61,698 bases of DNA from positions 1-61,698 of the forward strand of contig JANPBJ010000183.1 in assembly GCA_031430375.1 (NCBI GenBank). Direction: 5' to 3'. The notes beneath the pieces are model-generated. The model worked only from the letters and a program-made list of their open reading frames with translations, did no database searches and had not been told where the DNA came from. Numbering within the stretch: position 1 is the stretch's first letter; every line of letters begins with the position of its first letter. This DNA comes from Acidimicrobiia bacterium. Its GTDB lineage: Bacteria; Actinomycetota; Acidimicrobiia; IMCC26256; JAENVU01. Of this stretch, positions 28,929 through 37,927 are shown piece after piece. Both the position numbers and the translations under genes were made by a program.

Positions 28929-30715
28929 GGCGATGGGACCGAATAGACCGCCAGCGCATGCATGCGCTTCAGGACTAACACGAGGCGTACGGAAACTGTC
29001 GTGCGTTGCCGCTCGGTCATCGCCGCGTACTCGCGTTCGGCCCGAGCGCGTACCTGCGGGCTGACGGCACTCACGAACGCGATCTGCCGCGCACCGGGCG
29101 TGGCCCGGATCCGGGGGATTTCGCCGTCCTCGGCCAGCACGAGCAAGGCCCGAATGGGCTCACCCTGGTACGCGCGATGCCGTCCGAGTGCGAGGCGGGT
29201 GTCCGGGGTGTCATCGAACTTCACCGGGACATTGGCGCGTTCCAGCATCAGCCCGAGGCCGGGAAGGATGGTGAGGGTTGAGAACGATGTGGCTCGGAGC
29301 AGTGTGACCCCTCGGCCCGCGGGAAGGCCGCGTACGACTTGCTGCGACAGGTCGGTCGTCTCTCGGGTTCGTGCCTGGTCCACGGGTTCAGCCTTGGTGG
29401 CCTTGCCCACACCAACGCTGCTGATCACGATCATGAGGGCGGTGACGGCCGCAAGAGCAGCCATGACCACAGCTGCGTTCAGGCGCGGGCGGATCCACCT
29501 GACGAAGACCGCGGCCGTGAACGCCATACAGAGCGCGGCCACTGCCCACACCCACCGCAAGCGATAGTCGTACATCAGCCCGATAGTGCGAGCGAGCGCG
29601 TCTACCCCGAGCACAAGGGGGATCAGCAACACCGCCGCGAGGCGTTGCAGGGCGCGGGTACCACGGCGCGCTACCCACAGCACCGCGATCACAAACGGCA
29701 CCAGGAGCACCGGTGTCGGCGATTCGAACATCGCGGTCGGTTCGGTGGTGAAAATGCTGATGGGTGTCCGGCCCACGATCCAGTCGGCGTTGATCGTGAA
29801 CTGGGCCGCGATGATTCGGTATCCGTCTCGGATGCTGTGCACCGGGTCTGTCGAATCTCGAAAGTAGCGGGTGATCGCGAGCACGTTGCCGGGGTCCCGC
29901 GTGAGTTGTTCGATCACCACCGGTGCCCAGACCAGGGCGAGTACCCCGATCGCCCACCACAACGCGGTGAGGCCTCTCGGCGTGAGGCTGGTCCCTACTG
30001 GCTTGTGGCGATCGCGCAGTACTCGCCAGAAGCACCATGCCAGCACCGGGATGACGAGTGGGGCGTAGCCGATGTGGGTTTGCATGCAGAAGGTTCCGAT
30101 GAAGACCGCGCCAGGGAGGGCCCACCGATCGCCGAGGGTGCCGGCCCACGCCACCACGAGAAACGCGCCGAAGGGCAGGGCGGTCACCGAAGGGTTCCAC
30201 GGGTTCGACAGGTACCCGTCGGGCAGATGCACTACCAGGAGTCCGCACGCGACCGCGACGGGGACGGCCAGCGCGCGCGCCGCCCACCGTTGCGCGACGA
30301 TGATGGCGGTACCGAGCGCAGCTGCGTTGATGAGGAGCGCACTCACCAGCATGGCGGCACTGTTCGACCCGAAGAGTCGATAGGGGATCCAGACGACGTA
30401 ATAGAAGAGTGGCCCGGGATGGCTCCAACCACTCCGTGAGAACGGTCCGAGGAGGACTGCGTATTTTCCGACATCGCGAACTGCGAGTTCGTTGAGCGCG
30501 TTGTCGCCGGTTGCATGAAAACCGTTGAACTGGGTGAGGACCCTGATGATCTCCACGAGGATCGGCAGCAGAACGAGTGCGACGAGAACCCACGTGAATC
30601 TGCCCGTTCGGATGGGCCCGGGCTCCGTGATCTCCTCGACGGTGGGCTGGTGATTGTTGCGGCGCATCGGAAGGGGCATCGTGTCACGATCAGAGGCCGT
30701 TGGCGTGGGTTTCAT
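28925..30715 (-). CDS. Large polytopic membrane protein, probable GT-C-fold glycosyltransferase
   Basis: First TM followed by acidic loop GDNALNEL, then LLGPFSRSGWSHPGPLFYY, WNP, QTH. About 11-12 TM helices; 4-bp overlaps with both neighbours. Confidence 0.6.
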   Translation of the reverse strand: MKPTPTASDRDTMPLPMRRNNHQPTVEEITEPGPIRTGRFTWVLVALVLLPILVEIIRVLTQFNGFHATGDNALNELAVRDVGKYAVLLGPFSRSGWSHPGPLFYYVVWIPYRLFGSNSAAMLVSALLINAAALGTAIIVAQRWAARALAVPVAVACGLLVVHLPDGYLSNPWNPSVTALPFGAFLVVAWAGTLGDRWALPGAVFIGTFCMQTHIGYAPLVIPVLAWCFWRVLRDRHKPVGTSLTPRGLTALWWAIGVLALVWAPVVIEQLTRDPGNVLAITRYFRDSTDPVHSIRDGYRIIAAQFTINADWIVGRTPISIFTTEPTAMFESPTPVLLVPFVIAVLWVARRGTRALQRLAAVLLIPLVLGVDALARTIGLMYDYRLRWVWAVAALCMAFTAAVFVRWIRPRLNAAVVMAALAAVTALMIVISSVGVGKATKAEPVDQARTRETTDLSQQVVRGLPAGRGVTLLRATSFSTLTILPGLGLMLERANVPVKFDDTPDTRLALGRHRAYQGEPIRALLVLAEDGEIPRIRATPGARQIAFVSAVSPQVRARAEREYAAMTERQRTTVSVRLVLVLKRMHALAVYSVPSP

Positions 30716-32688
30716 CGGCGAGCGTCAGTGGAGATTCTGTGCAAACGGGGCGCAAGCCATTCCCACATCAGCTTTGCTCCCGCATCGGTGAAATGGGCAC
30801 CGTCGGTGCGCATCGTGATTCCGTCGATCGTGGCCGGACTGGTGCCTTCCGGACACGCGTGGCGCTCCAGGTCCACGATATGGACGTCGGTCGGGTGATC
30901 GGCGGCGTAGCGGCGCCACACGGCGTTCAGCCACTGGACCCGGCTGGGGTCGGACCGTTCGACCTCGCCCCACTGGCCGAGGTCACGTTGCACCGTGGCG
31001 AAGCATGGCGTGGTGAGGATGGCCAGCTGGGCGCCGTCGGCAGTGAGAACGGTGCGGGCTCGGTCGAGCTGATCGCGAAGACTCTGTTCCATGGCCGGGG
31101 TACCGACCGTCAAGACGCGGCCGTCGACCTGACGATCGAAGACCTCCCACGCACCCACGAGGATCGCCGCGACATCGGGCTTGTCGGTGCGCACCGCCTT
31201 GGCCCACTTCTCTGGCCAATCGGTGCATTCGGCTTGGTTCTTCCCAGCCACACCATCGCTGAATGGCGTACCGCCGTAGAGCCCACATCCAATGTGCTGG
31301 GCGCCGCGCACCCATACGTTGTCCTGCAGGTGCGATGGGAGCCCAACGTTCCCCAGCGTGAAGGCGATCGAGTCGCCGACCAGCAGTACCCGCGTGGCAC
31401 CGGGCCGGGGCGGTTGGTTGGCGATCCGTAGGAACTCCCGCACGAGCGCGGCGTCGTCGGGACGCGACCGCGCGGCGGCGCCACCGGCGGTGAGCGCAGC
31501 GATCGCGATCGCGGTGAGGACCGCCGATGCGGGCACCCAGGCCGCGCGATTACGAACCCACGAGAACCGCTGTTCGCGGATGGGGCGTTCTATGAGGAGG
31601 TAGGACACGACCGACACCGCGAGGGTGACGGCCAGCCGGGCCGCGAGGAGATCGTTCCCGTCGAGCCCGGTGCGGGTGGGGGAGAGGACCACGTAGATCG
31701 GCCAGTGCCACAGGTAGAGGCCATACGAGATCAGCCCGATCGCCGGTAACGGTGGCAGCGAAAGGAACGACCGTATGGGCCCACGGGTCATTGCCGCGGC
31801 GATCGTGGCCGCCGCTGCTACCGCGACGATGGAGAATCCGCCCCGGTAGAGCGCAGGCCAGGACTCGGACTTTGCGACAACGACCCACACCAAAAACGCC
31901 AAGCCGCCCACTCCGGCTGCCTGTACCAAGAACCGGGCGATCCGCGTTCGTGGCGTGCGGCGCGCGGAGATCGCCACCGCCAATGCCGAGCCGATGAGCA
32001 GTGCCTGCGCCCGGGTGTCAGTGCCATAGTACGCCCGGGTCGCGTCGCCCGGCTGGTGGAGGAGCGCCATCAATGCCGCGGATCCGATCGCGAGCCCCAC
32101 GATGATCGTGCCGATGACGCGTAGCCGCGAGCGAGCGATCGTCACGATGCCCGCAAAGACCAATGGCCAGACGAGGTACCACTGCTCCTCGATGGCCAAG
32201 GACCACATGTGTCGCAACGGAGACGGTGAACCGAACTGCGCGAAGTAGCTCTGCCCGCTGAAGATGAATCGCCAGTTCTGAACGTAGAACAGCGAGCCGA
32301 GCAGGTCACCGCGCAGTCCGAGTGCTTCGTCGTCGGTGGCGATGAAGGCGCCGAACGCGGCGACGGAGAGCAGGACAAGCACCAACGCGGGAAGGAGTCG
32401 CCGAGCTCTCCGGAGCCAGAAGGCTCTGAACCCGACTCGTCCACTCGCGGAAATTTCCCGGAGGAGCAGGAACGTGATGAGAAACCCCGACAGCACCAGG
32501 AAGACATCGACGCCGAGGAAACCCGCATGGGCAAACGACGATCCCGCGTGGAAGAACATGACGGCCAACACGGCGAGCGCCCGGATGCCGTCGAGAGACT
32601 TTTGGTGCGTGAAGGGCGCCGCGCTCTCCGCAGGTGGGCCGGTACTCATCGGTGCGTGGGTGACTCCGGAGTTGGACAGGTCAGGCAC
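30712..32688 (-). CDS. Acyltransferase-3 / SGNH fusion (OafA/OatA-like O-acyltransferase)
   Basis: LDGIRALAV, GVDVFLVLSGFLIT, RRARRLLP, HMWSLAIEEQWY, SYGLYLWHWP; SGNH motifs GDS and DGAH. Confidence 0.92.
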   Translation of the reverse strand: MPDLSNSGVTHAPMSTGPPAESAAPFTHQKSLDGIRALAVLAVMFFHAGSSFAHAGFLGVDVFLVLSGFLITFLLLREISASGRVGFRAFWLRRARRLLPALVLVLLSVAAFGAFIATDDEALGLRGDLLGSLFYVQNWRFIFSGQSYFAQFGSPSPLRHMWSLAIEEQWYLVWPLVFAGIVTIARSRLRVIGTIIVGLAIGSAALMALLHQPGDATRAYYGTDTRAQALLIGSALAVAISARRTPRTRIARFLVQAAGVGGLAFLVWVVVAKSESWPALYRGGFSIVAVAAAATIAAAMTRGPIRSFLSLPPLPAIGLISYGLYLWHWPIYVVLSPTRTGLDGNDLLAARLAVTLAVSVVSYLLIERPIREQRFSWVRNRAAWVPASAVLTAIAIAALTAGGAAARSRPDDAALVREFLRIANQPPRPGATRVLLVGDSIAFTLGNVGLPSHLQDNVWVRGAQHIGCGLYGGTPFSDGVAGKNQAECTDWPEKWAKAVRTDKPDVAAILVGAWEVFDRQVDGRVLTVGTPAMEQSLRDQLDRARTVLTADGAQLAILTTPCFATVQRDLGQWGEVERSDPSRVQWLNAVWRRYAADHPTDVHIVDLERHACPEGTSPATIDGITMRTDGAHFTDAGAKLMWEWLAPRLHRISTDARR

Positions 32689-32713
32689 CGCGTGCCGAAG
32701 CGCAGAATTCTAG

Positions 32714-34153
32714 GTGACGGAAGACCTCAGTACCCTCCAGGTCATGGTTCGGTGCTTCAAAGTGGTGGGAGTTCTTCTCCTCGTGGCCACCGGAATGGGA
32801 ATGTCGTTGAGGCAGGGAGGGGCCGCGACTGTGGACCGGCCGCGTGTGAATCGACCGAACTCGAATCTCGACGTGAGGATTCCGACCGGAATCGACGCGA
32901 CCGGTGGCCGTGATGTGACCACGGAGTTGAACGCGTTCCTTGCCGATGTTGATCCCGGAACAACCGTGCAGTTCCCGGCTCGTGGGCGCTATCGGATCGA
33001 GAGCGTGGTGGTCATCGATCGGCGCCGTGACGTCACCATCGAGGGCAACGGGTCCACGCTGATTGCCACGACCGACGGAAGCGGTGTCCCAGTGCCGTTC
33101 TACAACTTTCGGGTGCGGTGGCCGCGTCTGCGTGAACACTTCGAAATCCGCGACAGCACGGGCATCACCGTGCACAACCTCACCGTCGAAGGACCGAATC
33201 GCTCGGGTGAGTTTCGACCAGAGCTGGAGGGCCAAGCCGGTTTTGTCATTGCCCGCTCCAAGGCCGTCACGCTCGATGGCGTCACTGCCCGCGCAACCTA
33301 TGGCGACGGCGTGTATATCTCCGGCACCACGGAAGACGTCACGATCAAGAACTGCACGCTCGATCACAACGGCCGCCAAGGTGTGGCCATCGTGAGCGGC
33401 GTGCGGATTGTGGTGGAGGACTGCACGATCAAAGACACGGGTCGGTCCGCCATTGACCTGGAACCCGCACATGGTTTCGTGCGCACCGTGCATGTCCGCA
33501 ACAACCGAGTGAGCGGCTTCACCAACTTCTTGCTCGCCGCAGTAGGGGCCGGAATCGGAGTGCAAGACGTCTGGCTTGAGCGCAATCGTGTGGAGGGTGG
33601 ACGAGGGGTCAGTGTCTTCGTAGGCACCGACCGTTCCGTACGGCCGGGAATTCATGTGCTCGATAACTCGGGTGACGGAGTGTCAGAGGGATATGAGGGT
33701 GCGCTGATGCGGTTCACTCGTTTCGATGGCATCGAGGTGAGGGGCAACCGCCAACGGGTCGCCGCCGGCGTCACACCGGTGCTGTTGGTGAACTCGTGCA
33801 ACTCGGCAGTGACCGACAACGACTTTCAGGCATCGGTCGACACGGTTCGCGAGGAGGGCGATTGCTCGGTCCCGATTCCCCAATCGAGGTTCGGCACGCG
33901 TGTGCCAGGCCAGCCGCCGGCACGCCGCCAGCCCGCGGTGCGACCACGCGCGACGAACCGTGTGCCTCGGACGAGTTCGACGACCCCACGCAGTGTGGAA
34001 CCGGGCGGATCGAATCCGCGGGCAGGGGAACGTCTGCGCTCGCGATCGCCACCGCCTTGGCAATCGGAGCACTGGCCGGGATCGGCGGGACACTGCTCAT
34101 GGTGCGCCATCGACGCGAAGCTGCCGACGAGGGCTAGCGCGCCGCGTTGGTGA
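32714..34153 (+). CDS. Secreted right-handed parallel beta-helix protein; C-terminal anchor probably frameshifted
   Basis: Signal-like N-terminus, PbH1-like repeats (GDGVYI, NGRQGVAI, AIDLEP), Pro/Arg-rich linker. A TM helix plus basic tail lies in the -1 frame and ends at 34137. Confidence 0.75.
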   Translation: MTEDLSTLQVMVRCFKVVGVLLLVATGMGMSLRQGGAATVDRPRVNRPNSNLDVRIPTGIDATGGRDVTTELNAFLADVDPGTTVQFPARGRYRIESVVVIDRRRDVTIEGNGSTLIATTDGSGVPVPFYNFRVRWPRLREHFEIRDSTGITVHNLTVEGPNRSGEFRPELEGQAGFVIARSKAVTLDGVTARATYGDGVYISGTTEDVTIKNCTLDHNGRQGVAIVSGVRIVVEDCTIKDTGRSAIDLEPAHGFVRTVHVRNNRVSGFTNFLLAAVGAGIGVQDVWLERNRVEGGRGVSVFVGTDRSVRPGIHVLDNSGDGVSEGYEGALMRFTRFDGIEVRGNRQRVAAGVTPVLLVNSCNSAVTDNDFQASVDTVREEGDCSVPIPQSRFGTRVPGQPPARRQPAVRPRATNRVPRTSSTTPRSVEPGGSNPRAGERLRSRSPPPWQSEHWPGSAGHCSWCAIDAKLPTRASAPRW

Positions 34154-35018
34154 GATCCATCTCCCAATAGAAGAAGTTCCGCGTCTGTTCGAACATGTCC
34201 GTGCCGTGGTCGTCATACGGCGCGTGACCCGAACCTTCAAACGTGGTGAGGTAGGAGCTCAGCCCGGCCGCCTTGGCTTCCGTCCAGGCGTCGACTGCCC
34301 ACTGGTAGGGGACCACCGTGTCCAGGTCGCCGTGCAGCAGCAGGCTGGGAGCGTCGCCGGCGTTCGCCGTCCCCACCCGCTTGGCACCGGAGATTGCAAC
34401 CGCAGCGCGCACCGTGGAAGGGAAGTCGGGATTCCCGCTCACCCCGGGGTCATCCGAGTTGAACCCGACGTGCAACGCGGTGATGGCCCCTGCGGACACT
34501 CCCTTGATTGCGATTCGCGCCGGGTCGATGCCGTAGGCCGCGGCATTGGCACGCAGAAATCTGACGGCGGCCTGAGCGTCGTGCTGCGCGTCGATCATTG
34601 CCTGCACACATTCGGGCCTCAGGTAGTTCCCGGTGCAGCCGCCCAGGACGAGGCGATAGTTGATCGACGCTCCGACGTATCCGGTTCGGGCGAACGCGAT
34701 CGCCTCGGCCACCAAAGAATCCAATGACTTGTCGCCGGACTTGAAGGCACCGCCGTGGATCCAGACGATCGCGGGGCGCGCGGTCACGGTGTCTCCCGTC
34801 GGCGTGTACAGGTCGAGGAGCAACGACTTGGTGACGCCGAGTTGATCGACCGCACTGCCGTAGACCACGTCTTTGGTGCGGGTCGTCTGCGAGAACAGAT
34901 CGTCGCGGTAGCGCAACGGCGCATCGCCGGGGACAGCAACGTACGGAGTGTCACAGGCCGTAGCCAACAGCACGAGTGCCGCTACGAGCAGGACCTTCGA
35001 CCGTCGCTTCAACTCCAC
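34134..35018 (-). CDS. Alpha/beta hydrolase (carboxylesterase-type) lipoprotein
   Basis: Lipobox LATAC, WIHGGAF, GVSAGA, HGDLD, GH. Confidence 0.88.
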   Translation of the reverse strand: MELKRRSKVLLVAALVLLATACDTPYVAVPGDAPLRYRDDLFSQTTRTKDVVYGSAVDQLGVTKSLLLDLYTPTGDTVTARPAIVWIHGGAFKSGDKSLDSLVAEAIAFARTGYVGASINYRLVLGGCTGNYLRPECVQAMIDAQHDAQAAVRFLRANAAAYGIDPARIAIKGVSAGAITALHVGFNSDDPGVSGNPDFPSTVRAAVAISGAKRVGTANAGDAPSLLLHGDLDTVVPYQWAVDAWTEAKAAGLSSYLTTFEGSGHAPYDDHGTDMFEQTRNFFYWEMDLTNAAR

Positions 35019-35092
35019 GCCCCCCGAAATGTCACGAATCTCGCGTCACAAATCTCGTATCACGAGCCCCGCACCGAACGGGACGAGTTTAC

Positions 35093-35155
35093 CACCCGGA
35101 CTTTGGCGCAGAACCCCCGCCCATAGCCATGAGAACTGCGCCAAAGTCTGGGGTG
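35093..35155. repeat. REP-like long inverted repeat
   Basis: Perfect 13-bp arms GACTTTGGCGCAG (35099-35111) and CTGCGCCAAAGTC (35136-35148), extendable with mismatches. Confidence 0.65.
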
Positions 35156-35631
35156 AAGGCGATTCCGCTACCGGAGAAGAAGTTCCGACCCGCGAGCAGC
35201 GTCACCGCATTCGTTGTGCGGATTCCACGAGTCCGGCGGAAATCCGAACAACGAACGGTCGATGACGCCGCCCACGACGGCTTCGCGAGCAATCTCGAAG
35301 GTGGCTGTGAGCACGCGAGCGAGGTCGGGGCTGGCTTCGTCGACGATCAGGATCACGGATTCCACGCGGCTACCAGACCCGCTCGAAGGGGGATGGTGGG
35401 TGCCAAGTTCCGAGTGCCTCCGCGCCGCGGGCTGGATCCTGCGCGAGGTCGAGCGCGCCAAGGGCGACATGGAGGGCTCGCAAGGCAGAAGCCAGCGCCT
35501 CCCGTGCATCAGTTGCTTCCCGGCGCCGGTCCATGAAGCCGGTATATACCTTCGGTCTTCGGCTGTAGCCGAATGCCGAAGACGGCGAGGGCTTCAGTGC
35601 GGTTCGGCATAATACATCAGGATCTACGAAT

Positions 35632-35678
35632 CCTCAGTATGCCATTGAGGTTTACTAGTACCTGAGGTATGCTCCTCA
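35632..35678 (+). promoter_or_regulatory. Promoter TTGAGG-N17-TATGCT with CCTCA/TGAGG half-sites (candidate antitoxin operator)
   Basis: -35 at 35645-35650, -10 at 35668-35673, ATG 7 nt downstream at 35681. CCTCA at 35632 and 35674, TGAGG at 35646 and 35663, palindrome TACTAGTA at 35653-35660. Confidence 0.55.
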
Positions 35679-35680
35679 CC

Positions 35681-36691
35681 ATGGTTGGAGGCAGACGGGT
35701 TTCCGAGCGCATGGAGAACGCGATTCGTGCCGTACTGCCGGCTGGAACGCCGGTCGATGTTGACGTCCTCGACGATCACCGGATCGGTGTCGACGTTGGC
35801 TCGGAACGCTTCATCGCAAAGTGGATTGGTGAGGGTTGGCTTCGCGATGCGCGTGCCGGACTCGATGACCGGGACGGCGATCCGGATGTGTTCGTGGCTC
35901 GACGGATCTCGCCCGGTGCTCGTTCGGTCGCCACCGACGCTCGTGTGGGTTGGATCGACGAAGCGGGTGCAGCGGAGATCACGCTGTCAGGGCTCGTTGT
36001 CTCTCGGACGGGCCATAAGGATCCGAAGGTCGATCGGGCGCCCCGATGGACTGCGTCAGTGATCGGCACTGCGGAGGCGTTGCTCCTTGGGACGCGACCA
36101 ACGGTGGCCGACGTCAAGGACAGTACCGGCCTCTCGACTGGCTCGGCGACGAATGCGCTCGCGGTACTCACCAAACTTGGGCTGCTCCACGCGGGCGCGG
36201 CGCGGGGCCGCGGATCAGCACGCGAACTCAAGGACCGAGATCGTTTGCTCGAGGAATACGCCGACGCGGCGATCACGCGGACGCCAAGACTTTCGCTCCG
36301 CGCCGGGTCCGCGGAACGCGATCTCGTCGACGAACTGACGAGCCTCGGGCGACGTTTGGACTCCGACCGCGTCGCGTGGGCCGCGACGGGGGCGGCCGCG
36401 GCGTCGGTATTGGGCCCGTATCTTTCCGAGGTCTCACATCTCGATGTCTTCGTAGACGCCTCGACGCCAGCGACGCTTCATTCGATTGCCACGCAGGCTG
36501 ATCTCCGACCGATCGAGGGCGGGAGGATCGTGCTCCGCCCCTTCCCGACTCCCGCCACCCGGCGGCTATGCCTGATGGCATCCGGCATGCGGGTCGCGCC
36601 GTGGCCGCGCGTGTATGCCGATCTACGAAATGCGGGTGTTCGAGGGGAAGAAGCGGCCGAGCAGTTGCGTGAGGCGGTCGAGCGTGGCTGA
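35681..36691 (+). CDS. Type IV toxin-antitoxin AbiEi-family antitoxin / transcriptional regulator
   Basis: WIDEAG motif, central wHTH (TVADVKDSTGLSTGSATNAL..L..LGLL), LLEEYA, WAATG..AA, C-terminal RVYADLR..GVRGEEAAEQL. Confidence 0.75.
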   Translation: MVGGRRVSERMENAIRAVLPAGTPVDVDVLDDHRIGVDVGSERFIAKWIGEGWLRDARAGLDDRDGDPDVFVARRISPGARSVATDARVGWIDEAGAAEITLSGLVVSRTGHKDPKVDRAPRWTASVIGTAEALLLGTRPTVADVKDSTGLSTGSATNALAVLTKLGLLHAGAARGRGSARELKDRDRLLEEYADAAITRTPRLSLRAGSAERDLVDELTSLGRRLDSDRVAWAATGAAAASVLGPYLSEVSHLDVFVDASTPATLHSIATQADLRPIEGGRIVLRPFPTPATRRLCLMASGMRVAPWPRVYADLRNAGVRGEEAAEQLREAVERG

Positions 36692-37154
36692 CCTCGCACG
36701 ATCGCGGGCGGCGCGGGCGGTCTCAGAGCAGGGACTGGTGCGCGTTGTCCACCACTACGGCGCCCGTCCCGAGTTCGTTGTGCTCGGCGGCCTCGTCCCC
36801 GAGCTGCTCTGCGCTGACAGCGGCCGGCGTCACGCTGGCACCACCGATGTCGATGTCCAGGTCGATCTCGAGGTCGCGTGCGGAGCGGTCAACACCGCTC
36901 GCCTGGAGAACGCGCTCTGCAACGCGGAGTTTGAACCGGACGCATCGCGTGTGTGGCGATGGGTGACCGACGGCATCGACGGGAAGACCGTGGTGAAGTT
37001 CGAACTCCTCGCGGATCTGGACAGTGCGCCGAACGAAGCCACTGTCCGGTTTGACGAGTGCGACAACCTCGGTGCGGTCAACCTCCGCGGCACCGGCTTC
37101 GCGTCACGAGACCCGGTCGTGCGCCAGCTGCCTGCCGGGCGCGCGGGCCCGTAG
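36684..37154 (+). pseudogene. Cognate nucleotidyltransferase-fold toxin (AbiEii-like), apparently 3'-truncated at 156 aa
   Basis: GTG overlaps the antitoxin stop by 8 bp. VVLGGLVP and HAGTTDVDV motifs are present. It ends abruptly with no C-terminal K...KD..D region. Confidence 0.65.
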
Positions 37155-37279
37155 GACGCGCGGCCGGTTCTCTGACCGGTTCGTGCTAGGTGCCCGGTCG
37201 TCCCCGCGGCCGGCGCACCGTCAACTTCACAGCTCGCGACGCGTTGGACACTCGTGCTCCACGGTCGACCTCGGCCGGA

Positions 37280-37555
37280 CTATCCCCGGTTTCGTTCGTC
37301 ACGGAATCGGCTCCGTTCGCCGACCAGCTCGCGGCGCGTCATGCTCGACCGCCAACCGAACGCCATGAACAGCTCCGGCCAGCCGAACGCCGCGTAACAG
37401 ACGGCAGCTCCTTGGAGGCGGGCTCGTCGGCTGCCGTACCCGGCCCACAATGGACGGTGGAAACTCAGTAGGTCGCGTCGGTGCCATGCGAACGCGGGCA
37501 GGGCTACGAGATAGCCGAGAATCGCGATTGAAATTGCTGCGAGCGGGATCTCCAC
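37280..37555 (-). CDS. Small hypothetical membrane protein
   Basis: 91 aa with two hydrophobic segments; purine-rich SD-like GGGGG upstream. Confidence 0.45.
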   Translation of the reverse strand: MEIPLAAISIAILGYLVALPAFAWHRRDLLSFHRPLWAGYGSRRARLQGAAVCYAAFGWPELFMAFGWRSSMTRRELVGERSRFRDERNRG

Positions 37556-37927
37556 GCGTGTTGCCCCCCAAATGCTGCCGTTAACCTACTATCAGGGTGC
37601 CGCGACAGGGTTCTCTAACAGCGGTGCAGGGCCACGGGCCTGCCGCTCGTTCGCTGGACTGGGACCCACGGGTCCCACAGCCTTGGCAACCTCGGATGCC
37701 TCGACGAGACGGTCGACGTGGCGACGACTGAGGCTGTGCGTATCGGGCAGGGGCGAAAAGGTCGGGGCCGGAAGTCAATGCCCGGGCAGGGTGGGCACCG
37801 CCTCAACGGCCCCGACACGAAGGAAGATGCCCTATCCGGTCGACTTCGAAACATCATCGGGCGAGTAGTTGCGTCCGAGTGGTGTGGCTCCGTCAGGTTG
37901 GCCCCCGCCCGTGGGATCCTCTCACCG

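Noticed and set aside
27592-30593. Long alternative-frame ORFs over the glycosyltransferase genes, and similar ones window-wide
   Set aside because: They are Arg/Pro/Gly-rich shadow frames expected in high-GC DNA, with no motifs.
33990-34015. Programmed -1 ribosomal frameshift in the beta-helix gene
   Set aside because: No X XXY YYZ slippery site or homopolymer run is present. A point deletion or sequencing error is simpler.
35019-35630. Duplicated rnpB 3' end (att site) or an identifiable gene at the island's left side
   Set aside because: I found no repeat of the rnpB terminus by eye, and the short ORFs here have no recognisable motif.
37605-37625. IS terminal repeat-like GGGTTCTCTAACAGC (similar text near 41255)
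   Set aside because: There is no partner inverted repeat, transposase or target duplication.
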